From Escherichia phage vB_EcoP-101114UKE3: 64,000 nt of DNA. Of this stretch, positions 28,901-37,072 are shown one piece after another (the stretch's first letter is position 1; each line of letters starts with the position of its first letter). Position numbers and translations under genes: made by a program. Under the pieces are notes generated by a model. That model did not search any database and was not told where the DNA came from. It saw only the letters and a list, made by a program, of their open reading frames with translations. The stretch lies in sequence record NC_070982.1; one strand, given 5' to 3'.

Positions 28901-30387
28901 GAGAAGTTAACATGTTCAACAAGGCTAACAAGAATTCTCAATACGAAGCAGCAGCTAAACACTTGCAAGCACGTCAAGAACGTCTTGAGACGCTCCGTAA
29001 CAGAGCTAAAGCTCGCAGTGATGCTAAGGCAGCCATGGAGGCTGAGAAGCAGTCCTTGGAGGCTATAGCGGCTCAGAAATCAGAGATAGAGAAGATGTTC
29101 AAAGAATTGCCTGAAAGTGTCAGAGAGGCTCAGGAAGGGCGTACTTTGAAACAGCTTGCTGCTCACCATGATAAGAACTCTCCAGTACCACCAGAGCGTT
29201 TCCGTAGTATCATTGAACGTATTCACAACGCTGAGAGTGATTACCTCGATCGCAAACGTCGTTTGACCGAAGCAGAGGAAGATGCTCGTGAAGCTAAGTG
29301 GAATAGGATGTATGAACAGGCTGAGGAAATGAACCGTAAGTTTGATATCGATGCTAGAGTGAAGAGAGATAAGGCTCTGAAGGAAGCTCAAGAACGAGAG
29401 AATGACTTAATGGCAGTTCAACGTCAGCGTGACGACATTCATAAGCGTTTGGTCAATACTCTGGAAGAGAAGGGAGTTTCTAGAGAAGATGCTGAAGCAT
29501 ATGCTGGGTCTTATATGGATAATCGGTATGCTTTGTTAGAGAAACCAATGACTCCAGTGGAACATCAGAATGCTCGTGCTCGTATCGAATCTGACGTAGA
29601 GAAGTTTGTTAAGAAATACGAAACAGCTACTCCAATCGAAAGAGAGATTGCTAAAGCAACTGGTGATGCAGATGGGAAACCTTCTGACTTAGATGCAGAA
29701 ACATTAAAAGCTATCGAAGATGCTCGTAAAGTTGATTCCGATTTTAAGAAACTCTTAGATGAAGAGAAGGAAATGGAGAAGATTCGTTCAGCTCTACCTG
29801 AAGATGAAAGATCTCAGGCGAACTCTGATATTCTGGAAAGTATTAAGAAACAGGAAGATGATTTTGCTAGCAAAGCAGAGAAAGCTTTTATTGAAGGGAA
29901 GGACTTGCAGGAGTTAGCGAGTGTTGCAGAAGTTCTAGATAGGGTTCATGGTGCAGACAAGGCTGGTAACAACCGTCGATTTGTACGTGCTCTACAGACT
30001 GCTGCCGAGAACAAGAAACGTTATGGGGATAATCCAGTGGCTTGGTTTAGTGCTGATGATTACTCTGCTATTGCGAAACTTGGTGCTGCTTCGGCAGGTG
30101 GTAACAAATCTCGAGCACTTGAGAAAATCTTTGGTTCTACAGCAGAACAAGCTAAAGGGAAACTTTTAGGGCGGGATGATGTAGCTAAGATTAGACGTGT
30201 GATTGAAGCGAATCCCAATGTTAAGATTCCTTCTTACAAGACAACTACTCGACAAGAGTACATGCAGTTCTTGGAGAAGTATAATGACGAGGGAGAGTTG
30301 AAAGTCAAACGTGGTTCTCTGTCTGACAAGTTGGAGAGAGGTAAGCGTCAAGCTAAACTCCGTGTTAGAGTTCGAGCTAAGGAGTAA
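25942..30387 (+). CDS. Giant coiled-coil virion protein, internal or ejection protein or tape-measure-like (1481 aa)
   Basis: A/E/K/R-rich helical repeats; last gene of the plus-strand module; RBS AAGGAGA. Confidence 0.55.
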   Translation: MANLKSWEEASKAPAYLNASPEQQAQMREQYKAAGGTIPETQPQEQPQQEERGAIGEFAQGVSNALQSGGANIAASAAKGLGGLVEIGENLTGSETSYGKRIQENSKQLLEERLSKIEDGFGKTAGQYAGVAADIGLTVANPAVAAAVIAARETGRAYADQTPKEDEDKSVLDAALVGGANYAAQKILPGMTGTASTTLGRVGQSVASNAVAGAKGGAIVGAAEAQNKYGDDTTLANVLEGAIEEGALGAAYGGAIGGVHGLISRPSPQVFDRTPEHVKTDIAAEDEAIRKAANADELREAYAKAENANAASALNLLDENGFRITDAVAMDSPAVQRILNTDQSRAEKAATVQKDSSNVPGLNPLASPKKTQGKAFADNEYNQKQAVAMKDAMADYTKDNTKALTDVLDNLDRELVALRASGDFTGSAIDIKNRTQADRDFIDAYKTFYSEANRFKARDGEDLNNFIDKATQLQKLSENVSPEMKKAIGGLKKLKGMPEGFNPIQDAFTLNNTAKFMSNQDRGWTSLTDDGFREAPAPVLVKNPLGAAKYVLNRFTSDRARAQREKQQSANSEAIRSLARADLEVQRARTQAEEARAKMEEEPTTEDIKFRTQNDAPSEPVREEPSATTVTEEIPSSPAPTETPLTARDLVAQRRALQQAELRRQEAEAAQAQESATPEPEPQQEALTARELVAQRRAVAEAKKRQEAEEAERAKEAPEEAVEEPKEKPEPLPARAPKAPEKAPEPVKPSLGVERLASMSTAARQATKDRADRFARSLYSAAAKAKATAENFLSYKGDPKELMRRIRQEDQANNTQRHEEMARNQLASQQGIASAKSQHVRASFADWVKERGLPSDIATKALRAEEKGLGGNVTSLDSLKRRAERLYQKQRDDEFDRLYREALEENKAFDKRDAPKLVDQKKELQDEIGALLDAEPLRPAQKDAMRRIMEDFVESKFKSSEKAGRVEALEVGQMKDVWDGFINTYNREVNMFNKANKNSQYEAAAKHLQARQERLETLRNRAKARSDAKAAMEAEKQSLEAIAAQKSEIEKMFKELPESVREAQEGRTLKQLAAHHDKNSPVPPERFRSIIERIHNAESDYLDRKRRLTEAEEDAREAKWNRMYEQAEEMNRKFDIDARVKRDKALKEAQERENDLMAVQRQRDDIHKRLVNTLEEKGVSREDAEAYAGSYMDNRYALLEKPMTPVEHQNARARIESDVEKFVKKYETATPIEREIAKATGDADGKPSDLDAETLKAIEDARKVDSDFKKLLDEEKEMEKIRSALPEDERSQANSDILESIKKQEDDFASKAEKAFIEGKDLQELASVAEVLDRVHGADKAGNNRRFVRALQTAAENKKRYGDNPVAWFSADDYSAIAKLGAASAGGNKSRALEKIFGSTAEQAKGKLLGRDDVAKIRRVIEANPNVKIPSYKTTTRQEYMQFLEKYNDEGELKVKRGSLSDKLERGKRQAKLRVRVRAKE

Positions 30388-30396
30388 ACAAGAAAA

Positions 30397-30434
30397 GCCC
30401 CCAACCTGTAAAAAGGAAGGGGGCTTCTTTATTT
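30397..30434. terminator. Bidirectional terminator between the convergent gene blocks
   Basis: GCCCCCAACC...GGAAGGGGGC hairpin flanked by T-rich tracts on both strands. Confidence 0.5.
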
Positions 30435-30504
30435 CTAGATGTTAGAATCCATCAAATTCATCATACATCCCAATTTTCTTCTTCAAAGTCAATCATAAAA
30501 CCTC

Positions 30505-30804
30505 CTAGATTAAATCGTAATACTTAATAATATCAGAGAGCTTAAACTCTCTAATGTCATTCTTGTCATTATCCCAAGCAGTCATTATCCAACAAGGTTT
30601 GCCCCCATTATGATAAGGGGAAGAAGCAACTGAGGTTCGTATAGGAATAACGGAGCGGTCTGCAATCTCGCCTCTCCAATTACGATAGCTAAAGCGAAGA
30701 ATTTGTTTCGTAGATACTTGATCATTTGTGCTTTCCTTGTTCATTGATTCAAAGACTTCTTTTTCTTCAGGAGTCTCTAGATTTTTTAAATTCACGTCTT
30801 GCAT
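30505..30804 (-). CDS. Hypothetical protein (about 100 aa)
   Basis: ORF-track frame 30505..30927 trimmed to the ATG at 30804 with AGAGGA RBS; 38-nt overlap with the upstream gene. Confidence 0.4.
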   Translation of the reverse strand: MQDVNLKNLETPEEKEVFESMNKESTNDQVSTKQILRFSYRNWRGEIADRSVIPIRTSVASSPYHNGGKPCWIMTAWDNDKNDIREFKLSDIIKYYDLI

Positions 30805-31171
30805 CGTTTTCCTCTTTAGTTTTAATCTTATGGCATGGTTCTTTACATAAGACCTGAAAGCCATCTTTCTCAACCAAAGCTCTCTCAATAATCTCATCCC
30901 AAGTAGCTTCATGGTCCACTGGAACAATAGGCTCGATGTGGTCGACAGCCACCTCTTTCAGAGGAGAGTCATTACCGCACATGGCACACTTGTAGTGCAT
31001 TGCCAGCTTGCCAGTCTTAGGATTGATTTTACGTTCTGTCTGAGCTTCTTTGAGAGCATCAAACATAGGCTTCCACTTTCTAGTCAGAGAACGAATCCCT
31101 GACTTAATGAAGGAGTTGTAACGTGCTTCAGTCCACTGATTTGAACATCTTGTCTTCTCAGCCTTCGCCAT
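30767..31171 (-). CDS. HNH endonuclease (134 aa)
   Basis: Motifs CAMCG, DHIEP and CHKIK fit the HNH fold. Confidence 0.6.
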   Translation of the reverse strand: MAKAEKTRCSNQWTEARYNSFIKSGIRSLTRKWKPMFDALKEAQTERKINPKTGKLAMHYKCAMCGNDSPLKEVAVDHIEPIVPVDHEATWDEIIERALVEKDGFQVLCKEPCHKIKTKEENDARREFKKSRDS

Positions 31172-31349
31172 AACCTACATCCATATCAGCGTCTTCCCAA
31201 ATGCGTTTATTGACTCGGTGTGATTCTTTATCAGCACGAGGGATACGACCTGTGCGACGATCAAATGCTTGGTGCTTAATCTTTTGATCTTTACGAGATT
31301 CACGAGTAGAGAAGTTTTCATCATACGAACGATAGTCAAATTTACCCAT
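31158..31349 (-). CDS. Hypothetical basic protein (63 aa)
   Basis: RBS AAGGA; stop overlaps the HNH start. Confidence 0.4.
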   Translation of the reverse strand: MGKFDYRSYDENFSTRESRKDQKIKHQAFDRRTGRIPRADKESHRVNKRIWEDADMDVGYGEG

Positions 31350-31359
31350 TATAATATCC

Positions 31360-32181
31360 TTATTCCCAAGTTTTATCTAACCATGACCAATCAAAGAGGT
31401 CACCTTCAGCTTGTCCAACGAAGAGCAATCGAGCGTTTTCTAACATCTTATCTTCTGCTTCTTCCTCGAACCTCTTATAGTATTCCATTCGTATAATATG
31501 ATAAAGAGTCCACTTATCGAATACCTTCTCAATAAGTTTGATTGCAGCCTTGCTACCAATGCCTTTACGGCGCATAACCAAGTTGCCACCCCACATCATT
31601 TCAACCTTCTCACCACAACCGGGAATATTATCTGTATTATCCCCAATCAACATTTGGTAGAAGAAATTCTGCCATGCTACTTCTTCTGATACATAATGAG
31701 GAGGTACTTCTTTCTGTCTTTCTCCACAAGCCCAACGATAATGCCATCCGGGAGTGATTAACAAATCTTTATCACGAGTACAGATAATCGTATTCTTATC
31801 TCGTCTCTGTCTTTCAGCTAGGGCATCATCTGCCTCTCTCCCAAAGACTTCTACATACTCGTAATTTTCTTTAATATAATCACTAACGTTCTGCCAGTGG
31901 TGGGGTCTTTCTCCCGGTGGGCGATTAGCTTTGTAGCCTTGCTGTTTAGCAATGTTAAATCGAAAGTTACCACCTTCACTGAAGTAAAAGATTGTTTTCT
32001 CACAACCTGACCTTGCAATGATTACATCAATTTTGTGTTGAAGTCGTTCAATCAAGAATCCATAATCAACTGGAACACGACCTGTGTCTAGAAAAGGATG
32101 CTCTTGTGTAAGAGCACCGACTTCATATCGCAGAACATCTGCATCCACAATTGCTACTTCAGGATAGATTACATCAGACAT
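31360..32181 (-). CDS. Flap endonuclease / 5'-3' exonuclease (274 aa)
   Basis: GREADD and IGDNTDNIPG motifs typical of phage FEN / RNase H-type nucleases; ATG at 32181 with GGAGAG RBS. Confidence 0.65.
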   Translation of the reverse strand: MSDVIYPEVAIVDADVLRYEVGALTQEHPFLDTGRVPVDYGFLIERLQHKIDVIIARSGCEKTIFYFSEGGNFRFNIAKQQGYKANRPPGERPHHWQNVSDYIKENYEYVEVFGREADDALAERQRRDKNTIICTRDKDLLITPGWHYRWACGERQKEVPPHYVSEEVAWQNFFYQMLIGDNTDNIPGCGEKVEMMWGGNLVMRRKGIGSKAAIKLIEKVFDKWTLYHIIRMEYYKRFEEEAEDKMLENARLLFVGQAEGDLFDWSWLDKTWE

Positions 32182-32770
32182 AGAGTTCTCTCCGTGTCCG
32201 TACAACAATCCAGTTTAAATAATCTACTGCATCTTCTACAGTAGAATTATTCGCTAGGTAGTATGTATTTCTCTGACTACCTTCAATGTAGGAACGAGAA
32301 TCTCCTTTAAAATCACAACCTTCACGAATCACCTGAATTACCTGAACATGGAAATGTTTCTCTAGTTCTTCAACTTCGGCTTTGAACCCACCATCAGAGA
32401 AGACGATAACATCATTCTGTGATGGGATACGTTGTTGAATACTGCTAACAGCAAGTTTACCCATGCAGGTCTCACCAAACATAGGCTTCAGGTAATTCTC
32501 GCTAGTTGCAATCATCAAGTCTCGAACTGACTTACCGTCCCATTCAGGACGGCTATGTTCTTTCCACTCACGATCGTTGTACAGCTCCATGAACTCATAA
32601 AGAGGTAGACCTAATGCAGCAGCAGCCACTCGATACATAGGCTCCTTAAAAGCCTTTACATGAGGCCTAAACTCGGTGTTACCAAGTGTTTTCTCTAACC
32701 AAGAATTAGCGATTGTATCTTTACCACAACCCGGTGGTCCATTCAGAATTACTACTAATGGTTTACTCAT
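32174..32770 (-). CDS. P-loop kinase, deoxynucleoside monophosphate kinase-like (198 aa)
   Basis: N-terminal P-loop GPPGCGKDT. Confidence 0.5.
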   Translation of the reverse strand: MSKPLVVILNGPPGCGKDTIANSWLEKTLGNTEFRPHVKAFKEPMYRVAAAALGLPLYEFMELYNDREWKEHSRPEWDGKSVRDLMIATSENYLKPMFGETCMGKLAVSSIQQRIPSQNDVIVFSDGGFKAEVEELEKHFHVQVIQVIREGCDFKGDSRSYIEGSQRNTYYLANNSTVEDAVDYLNWIVVRTRRELYV

Positions 32771-33420
32771 TATTGAATCATCCCTTGAAGATCTTCTTTA
32801 TCAAAGTGCTTCTCTACTACCGCTTCATACAGATCACGATTCTCTGAATAACGACGATAGAAGGTTCCGTGTGAAATTCCCAACTCTTGCTGGATGTGAT
32901 CATGTGGGATGCCGAGAAAGAGCATTGAGAACATGCTTGCCATCTTACGGTTTTCCATAATGTCACTCAGGTCTTGGAAGAAGAAAAAGATTCTAGATTC
33001 CAAGAACGGGTCTCCAGTAGAATCATGCTTATCCATCGCAATCTCTAAAGGACTTTCCCATGAATTCATCTCAGGAGGTCTAAACATATCAGCCTCTGGA
33101 ATAGAGTAGATACGTCGGTCTCCAACTGTCTGGCGATTAGAACGAATCGACCAGATGATATTCTTGACACGATAAGTCATGTGCTCAATATCTTTTTCAT
33201 CAGTGAGCAGAAGTTCTTCTTGCTTTGCAAACACAAAACGCCAAGCGTTCAGTAATACTTCCTGAGCAACATCCTCTGCCTCGTGATAGTCTTTAATGTC
33301 ATACATAAAATACTTATGCACAACTTTCCAATTCTCTCGATAGAATTCATCGAAGGTTGGGTAGTACTTAATAGGTATGCCATGAATACGATAGCGTGTG
33401 GGTGTTGTCTTTTTCTTCAT
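32770..33420 (-). CDS. Sigma-70 family (ECF-like) sigma factor (216 aa)
   Basis: Region 2-like [15 protein letters not shown] and region 4-like [29 protein letters not shown]. Confidence 0.55.
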   Translation of the reverse strand: MKKKTTPTRYRIHGIPIKYYPTFDEFYRENWKVVHKYFMYDIKDYHEAEDVAQEVLLNAWRFVFAKQEELLLTDEKDIEHMTYRVKNIIWSIRSNRQTVGDRRIYSIPEADMFRPPEMNSWESPLEIAMDKHDSTGDPFLESRIFFFFQDLSDIMENRKMASMFSMLFLGIPHDHIQQELGISHGTFYRRYSENRDLYEAVVEKHFDKEDLQGMIQ

Positions 33421-33444
33421 AAGTCATCCTTAACTTACTTTACA

Positions 33445-33669
33445 TTAAACTACACAGAATAAATACATTGCTGTTTCAGGGGAAGGTATGTGGTCACTAG
33501 GATATCTAACCCTAATCCACTCATCATCTTCTGCTACATAATAAGCCCAATAAGACCCATTTTCATTAATAAAGAACTTGAAGGTACAACCAAAGATTTG
33601 GTTATTGTGTTCCCATACTGCATGAAACTGAGTAACACCTTCTGGTATTGTAAGTTCCGCTCTGATCAT
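33445..33669 (-). CDS. Hypothetical protein (74 aa)
   Basis: ORF whose start overlaps the o-spanin stop. Confidence 0.4.
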   Translation of the reverse strand: MIRAELTIPEGVTQFHAVWEHNNQIFGCTFKFFINENGSYWAYYVAEDDEWIRVRYPSDHIPSPETAMYLFCVV

Positions 33670-33926
33670 TGTATTCCTCTCTCCTTTAGAGCTTTAAGCA
33701 AACCGTTGTGGTTAGCGGCACAGGTTGTATAAGTGTCCTGATACCACTCGAGTGTTGTTGCAAGTGCTACTCCCTGTCCACTCTGAAGTAAAGGGAGGTC
33801 TACATCACATTCAGCTTTTAGGTTTGTTGGTAAGGGCATTAGCTGCCTGCTGTTGTCGCTCGTTGAACAAGCTGACATACTCATCACTAGCACACACATT
33901 GTAAAAAACTGGCTTAGTCTTTTCAT
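33666..33926 (-). CDS. o-spanin candidate (Rz1-like outer-membrane lipoprotein, 86 aa)
   Basis: Signal peptide ending MSAC (lipobox-like), proline-rich mature part with Cys; embedded in the 3' end of the i-spanin gene in another frame. Confidence 0.5.
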   Translation of the reverse strand: MKRLSQFFTMCVLVMSMSACSTSDNSRQLMPLPTNLKAECDVDLPLLQSGQGVALATTLEWYQDTYTTCAANHNGLLKALKERGIQ

Positions 33927-34158
33927 AATGCATCTCTTTGTAAATAGTTTCCGTGTTCTTCTTCCAGTTAGATAAACCAGTCAGAACTTTCTGAGCCACT
34001 TCATCAGCAGCCTTAGCTCTCTCAACCTCAATCTCTTGCTGTTTCTTCTCATGGTCAAGAGCATTACTATCACTTCTGTATTGCTCAAACTTGACACCAC
34101 CAAAGAAAATAATAGCTGTGAAAATAAGAAAGCCTATATTGTTTTGAAGCTTTTCCAT
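33811..34158 (-). CDS. i-spanin candidate (Rz-like, about 115 aa)
   Basis: N-terminal transmembrane helix IGFLIFTAIIFFGGV followed by coiled-coil; ATG at 34158 with GGAG RBS. Confidence 0.5.
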   Translation of the reverse strand: MEKLQNNIGFLIFTAIIFFGGVKFEQYRSDSNALDHEKKQQEIEVERAKAADEVAQKVLTGLSNWKKNTETIYKEMHYEKTKPVFYNVCASDEYVSLFNERQQQAANALTNKPKS

Positions 34159-34171
34159 TTTAACTCCAACG

Positions 34172-34197
34172 AAAAAAGCCACCCGAAGGTGGCTAAG
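34172..34197 (-). terminator. Rho-independent terminator with UUCG loop (minus strand)
   Basis: Minus-strand RNA reads AGCCACC-UUCG-GGUGGCU followed by UUUUUU. Confidence 0.5.
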
Positions 34198-34217
34198 CTA
34201 TTACAAGGAGAGATTCA

Positions 34218-34958
34218 TTAGAAAGGGCTGTCATCTTCTTCAAAGGTAGACTGCGGCTCTTCGTTAATAGTAGGGATACTTGGAGTAGCATCTTTCTGTT
34301 CAGTATCAGAAGCTTTAGTAACTTCACGACCAGCCAGAGGGATGTTCTTAGCATCATTAGCTTGGGTCAGAAGATTACGTTGGAATGGGAAGATTGCTTG
34401 ATAAGCAGCCAAGTTAGCATCAGTCTCAGCATACGGTTCGAAGAAGATCAACTCACTACGAGGGGCACCTACAGCATCACGATATTTGGTAGGGATTGGA
34501 GTGATACTCTTAATGGAGTTTTTCTTCTCACCAGCTTTGTTTACATAGGAATTAACCAGAATGTTAACAGGCTGACCTAGCAGCATATCTTTAAACCAAC
34601 CCAAATCACCTTTCAGTGCTTGAACACTTGGGTCGATCATTTTAATCAGATTCAGAATACCAGAGTTCTTAGCTCGTGGGTTTACGTCGAAAGTTTTAAA
34701 CTGGCAAGCAGGACGAGGGTCCAGAGGTTTGCCTTCATTATCAGTCCCTGTTGCATCTACGCCAATCAGCTCAAAAGCTAAGTCCATACGGAAAGCTGGG
34801 TTCTTAGGGGTAACTGCTTTGGTCTTAGGGTCAATCCAAGGGTCACGATTGTGAACACCTAAACCTACAACACGAACAATACGTGCTTCGTACTCACCAT
34901 CAGGGATTACATCGTAGTTGGATTTACGGGATACAGACAGTTCAGGGATCATAGACAT
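34218..34958 (-). CDS. ssb: Single-stranded DNA-binding protein (246 aa)
   Basis: Acidic C-terminal tail EEDDSPF resembling the SSB DDDIPF-type tail; position in the replication module. Confidence 0.55.
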   Translation of the reverse strand: MSMIPELSVSRKSNYDVIPDGEYEARIVRVVGLGVHNRDPWIDPKTKAVTPKNPAFRMDLAFELIGVDATGTDNEGKPLDPRPACQFKTFDVNPRAKNSGILNLIKMIDPSVQALKGDLGWFKDMLLGQPVNILVNSYVNKAGEKKNSIKSITPIPTKYRDAVGAPRSELIFFEPYAETDANLAAYQAIFPFQRNLLTQANDAKNIPLAGREVTKASDTEQKDATPSIPTINEEPQSTFEEDDSPF

Positions 34959-35017
34959 ATTAATATTTCCTTATATAAATTTAAGATTGTTGCTCTCTTT
35001 GAGCGGTTTGTATACTA

Positions 35018-35026
35018 TATACATTA
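35018..35026 (-). promoter_or_regulatory. Candidate promoter element TAATGTATA upstream of the SSB gene
   Basis: Minus strand reads GTGTAATGTATATA about 60 nt upstream of the SSB ATG. Confidence 0.3.
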
Positions 35027-35087
35027 CACTTATACAGATAAGGTTCTATTATACTATAACCTTTTTGGTAGTAGATAATGACAAGTA

Positions 35088-35096
35088 GTAATGTAT
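35088..35096 (+). promoter_or_regulatory. Plus-strand copy of TAATGTATA in the AT-rich intergenic region
   Basis: GTAGTAATGTATATATGG on the plus strand, divergent from the minus-strand copy at 35018-35026. Confidence 0.25.
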
Positions 35097-35372
35097 ATAT
35101 GGTATAGCTAGTAAAGCTATTGCAGGCTTGTATATTGGGCAATCATTGTAACCCTTGCAAGTACCGAAGGGCAGGAGACACCTGCGAGATAAAATAGAGA
35201 ATTAAGGAAATCCTTGATTTAGGTTGTAGGGACTCCTAGGGACTTTGATTCTCTATTTAAAAGAATATTAATTACTTACTACCTAAATAATTAACTAACT
35301 TACTTAAACCAAACTCAAGAATAATAGATAAAAAGATTATTCCTAAGAAAGCTAAAAAGTAAAGGATATAAG

Positions 35373-35993
35373 TTACCATTCAAGTAAACCTTTAAAGTTA
35401 GTTTGTTCTACTATCCTCTGATAAGGTAAGTTAGATTCTGCTTGTTTGCTTAACACCTCTTGTACTTTATCAGTAATTGAATAATCTTTTTGTAATAAAG
35501 AAGCTACCCACTCTTTCCTACTTTCCAGTTCTTTTCTAATCTCTTGCAGAGACACAGCTCTGTAATCAATTTGTTCCATAGAAGTACAGAAGTATCTCCA
35601 ATCTCTGATAGTAGAATTATGAGTATGAGCATAGATATTATACTTTCCTCTCATTTCATCAGAGTGAATAGGAATATGAGTTACCCAAAACTCTTTGTAC
35701 TTATAATCACCACTGATGTGTCTAAAGACTTTCATCATATCAGGGAGAAGTTCTAATCTGTCATGGTTTCCTAAGACAAGATGTTTCTCTCCTTTTACTT
35801 CAGCGATAATATCAAGTGCATATTTCTCAAACACCCAATCACCTGTAAAGAAAGTTTTATCACGTTTAGTAACATGGTCAAACGCTGCTAAGATAGCTTT
35901 GTCGTGTTCTTCAATACTACTAAACTTCTTCCTAAAGTTACAGATGTTACGATGGCCTAGGTGACCATCACCTGCAAAATAAACTTCAGCCAT
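35373..35993 (-). CDS. Calcineurin-like metallophosphoesterase (206 aa)
   Basis: GDGHLGH and GNHD motifs. Confidence 0.6.
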   Translation of the reverse strand: MAEVYFAGDGHLGHRNICNFRKKFSSIEEHDKAILAAFDHVTKRDKTFFTGDWVFEKYALDIIAEVKGEKHLVLGNHDRLELLPDMMKVFRHISGDYKYKEFWVTHIPIHSDEMRGKYNIYAHTHNSTIRDWRYFCTSMEQIDYRAVSLQEIRKELESRKEWVASLLQKDYSITDKVQEVLSKQAESNLPYQRIVEQTNFKGLLEW

Positions 35994-36153
35994 TCTCGTA
36001 TGTGTCCTCGTAATATGAGTAGTTGAAGGATTCAGCTTTCGTTTCAGCCTCCTCCCTATCGTCTGTTTCTAAAATAACTCTCCAGCCAAAACCCTCAGGA
36101 TACTCAGCCCCTTCGTCTAGCCAGACTTTATATCGTTTAGATAGTGCAACCAT
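35986..36153 (-). CDS. Small hypothetical protein (about 55 aa), paralog of 36721..36900
   Basis: Start placed at the ATG at 36153 by alignment to the paralog (K-x-W...GW-x-IL-x-TDD-x-EEAE). Confidence 0.3.
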   Translation of the reverse strand: MVALSKRYKVWLDEGAEYPEGFGWRVILETDDREEAETKAESFNYSYYEDTYENG

Positions 36154-36340
36154 CGCAGATGTAATCTCCACTGAGTGACTCTTGTAGGAGGCGAGATTGT
36201 TCATCTGACACCAGTTTGTCAACCTCCTCTTTCAGAGCCATAAGGTCAACAAAGGTTAGTAGCTCATGCCGGTCAGCAATTATTTGGTATTTGTAATCAC
36301 TGATGTGCCCTACGGTTTGTGCGACGTAAATATTAGACAT
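36137..36340 (-). CDS. Hypothetical protein (67 aa)
   Basis: RBS AGGGAG; start overlaps the upstream stop. Confidence 0.4.
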   Translation of the reverse strand: MSNIYVAQTVGHISDYKYQIIADRHELLTFVDLMALKEEVDKLVSDEQSRLLQESLSGDYICDGCTI

Positions 36341-36564
36341 TATAAGATCTCCCTTTGTTTAGCGTTAATGACTGACATTGCTGTGATTGGATTATTTGTT
36401 CCGAGATACTCTAGAACAGGTGGACTGCTAACTGGTTTATCAGCCTCCACATAATTCTTAACCTTGCCACCAAGAACCGCTAGAGAAGCCTGAGCTTCCG
36501 CTTCATCATAGTGAATTCGGTCAACTGTTTTCTTTCCAATCCTATAAGTGTGAACGTAAATCAT
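36340..36564 (-). CDS. Hypothetical protein (74 aa)
   Basis: ORF in a tightly packed operon. Confidence 0.4.
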   Translation of the reverse strand: MIYVHTYRIGKKTVDRIHYDEAEAQASLAVLGGKVKNYVEADKPVSSPPVLEYLGTNNPITAMSVINAKQREIL

Positions 36565-36767
36565 TTAACTTCCTCAATATCAACTAATTCAAAACTTCCT
36601 ATTTCTTCAAGCTTAATAATCTCTTTAACTTTCTCAACAGCTTTAATAGGGTTTTCTTCTTCTACAACTTTACACCCTGATACTTCAAGACTGCCTGTTC
36701 CACGAAGGTATAAATTCAACTTATAAACTACTTTGTAGTATCTCATCGTGCTCCCAATTTCTTTCAT
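36561..36767 (-). CDS. Hypothetical protein (68 aa)
   Basis: ORF in a tightly packed operon. Confidence 0.4.
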   Translation of the reverse strand: MKEIGSTMRYYKVVYKLNLYLRGTGSLEVSGCKVVEEENPIKAVEKVKEIIKLEEIGSFELVDIEEVK

Positions 36768-36900
36768 AATATCCAGAGTTGTAGTTTAGGGCGCATTTCT
36801 CGGCCTCTTCTATGTCGTCTGTGTTTAGGATATTAACCCAACCACCAACTTCATCAAAACCCTCTTCTACCTCATTGAACCACACGCTGTATTTCTTCAT
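36721..36900 (-). CDS. Small hypothetical protein (59 aa), paralog of 35986..36153
   Basis: Starts MKKYSVWFNEVEEG; shared GW-x-IL-x-TDD-x-EEAE motif. Confidence 0.35.
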   Translation of the reverse strand: MKKYSVWFNEVEEGFDEVGGWVNILNTDDIEEAEKCALNYNSGYYERNWEHDEILQSSL

Positions 36901-37072
36901 CTTGATAAGACCCTTCCCCAATCCTTGATGTAACATCGACCATCAACCCACTTGGTCTCTGATTTAAACTTTTGAGAGATTCTTGTTTCACAGTCTTCTT
37001 TACTGTAATCACCAAGAGCATCCATCACCCAAAGAAACAGAGCAATTACAATAGACCAGATTAGAAACTTCT

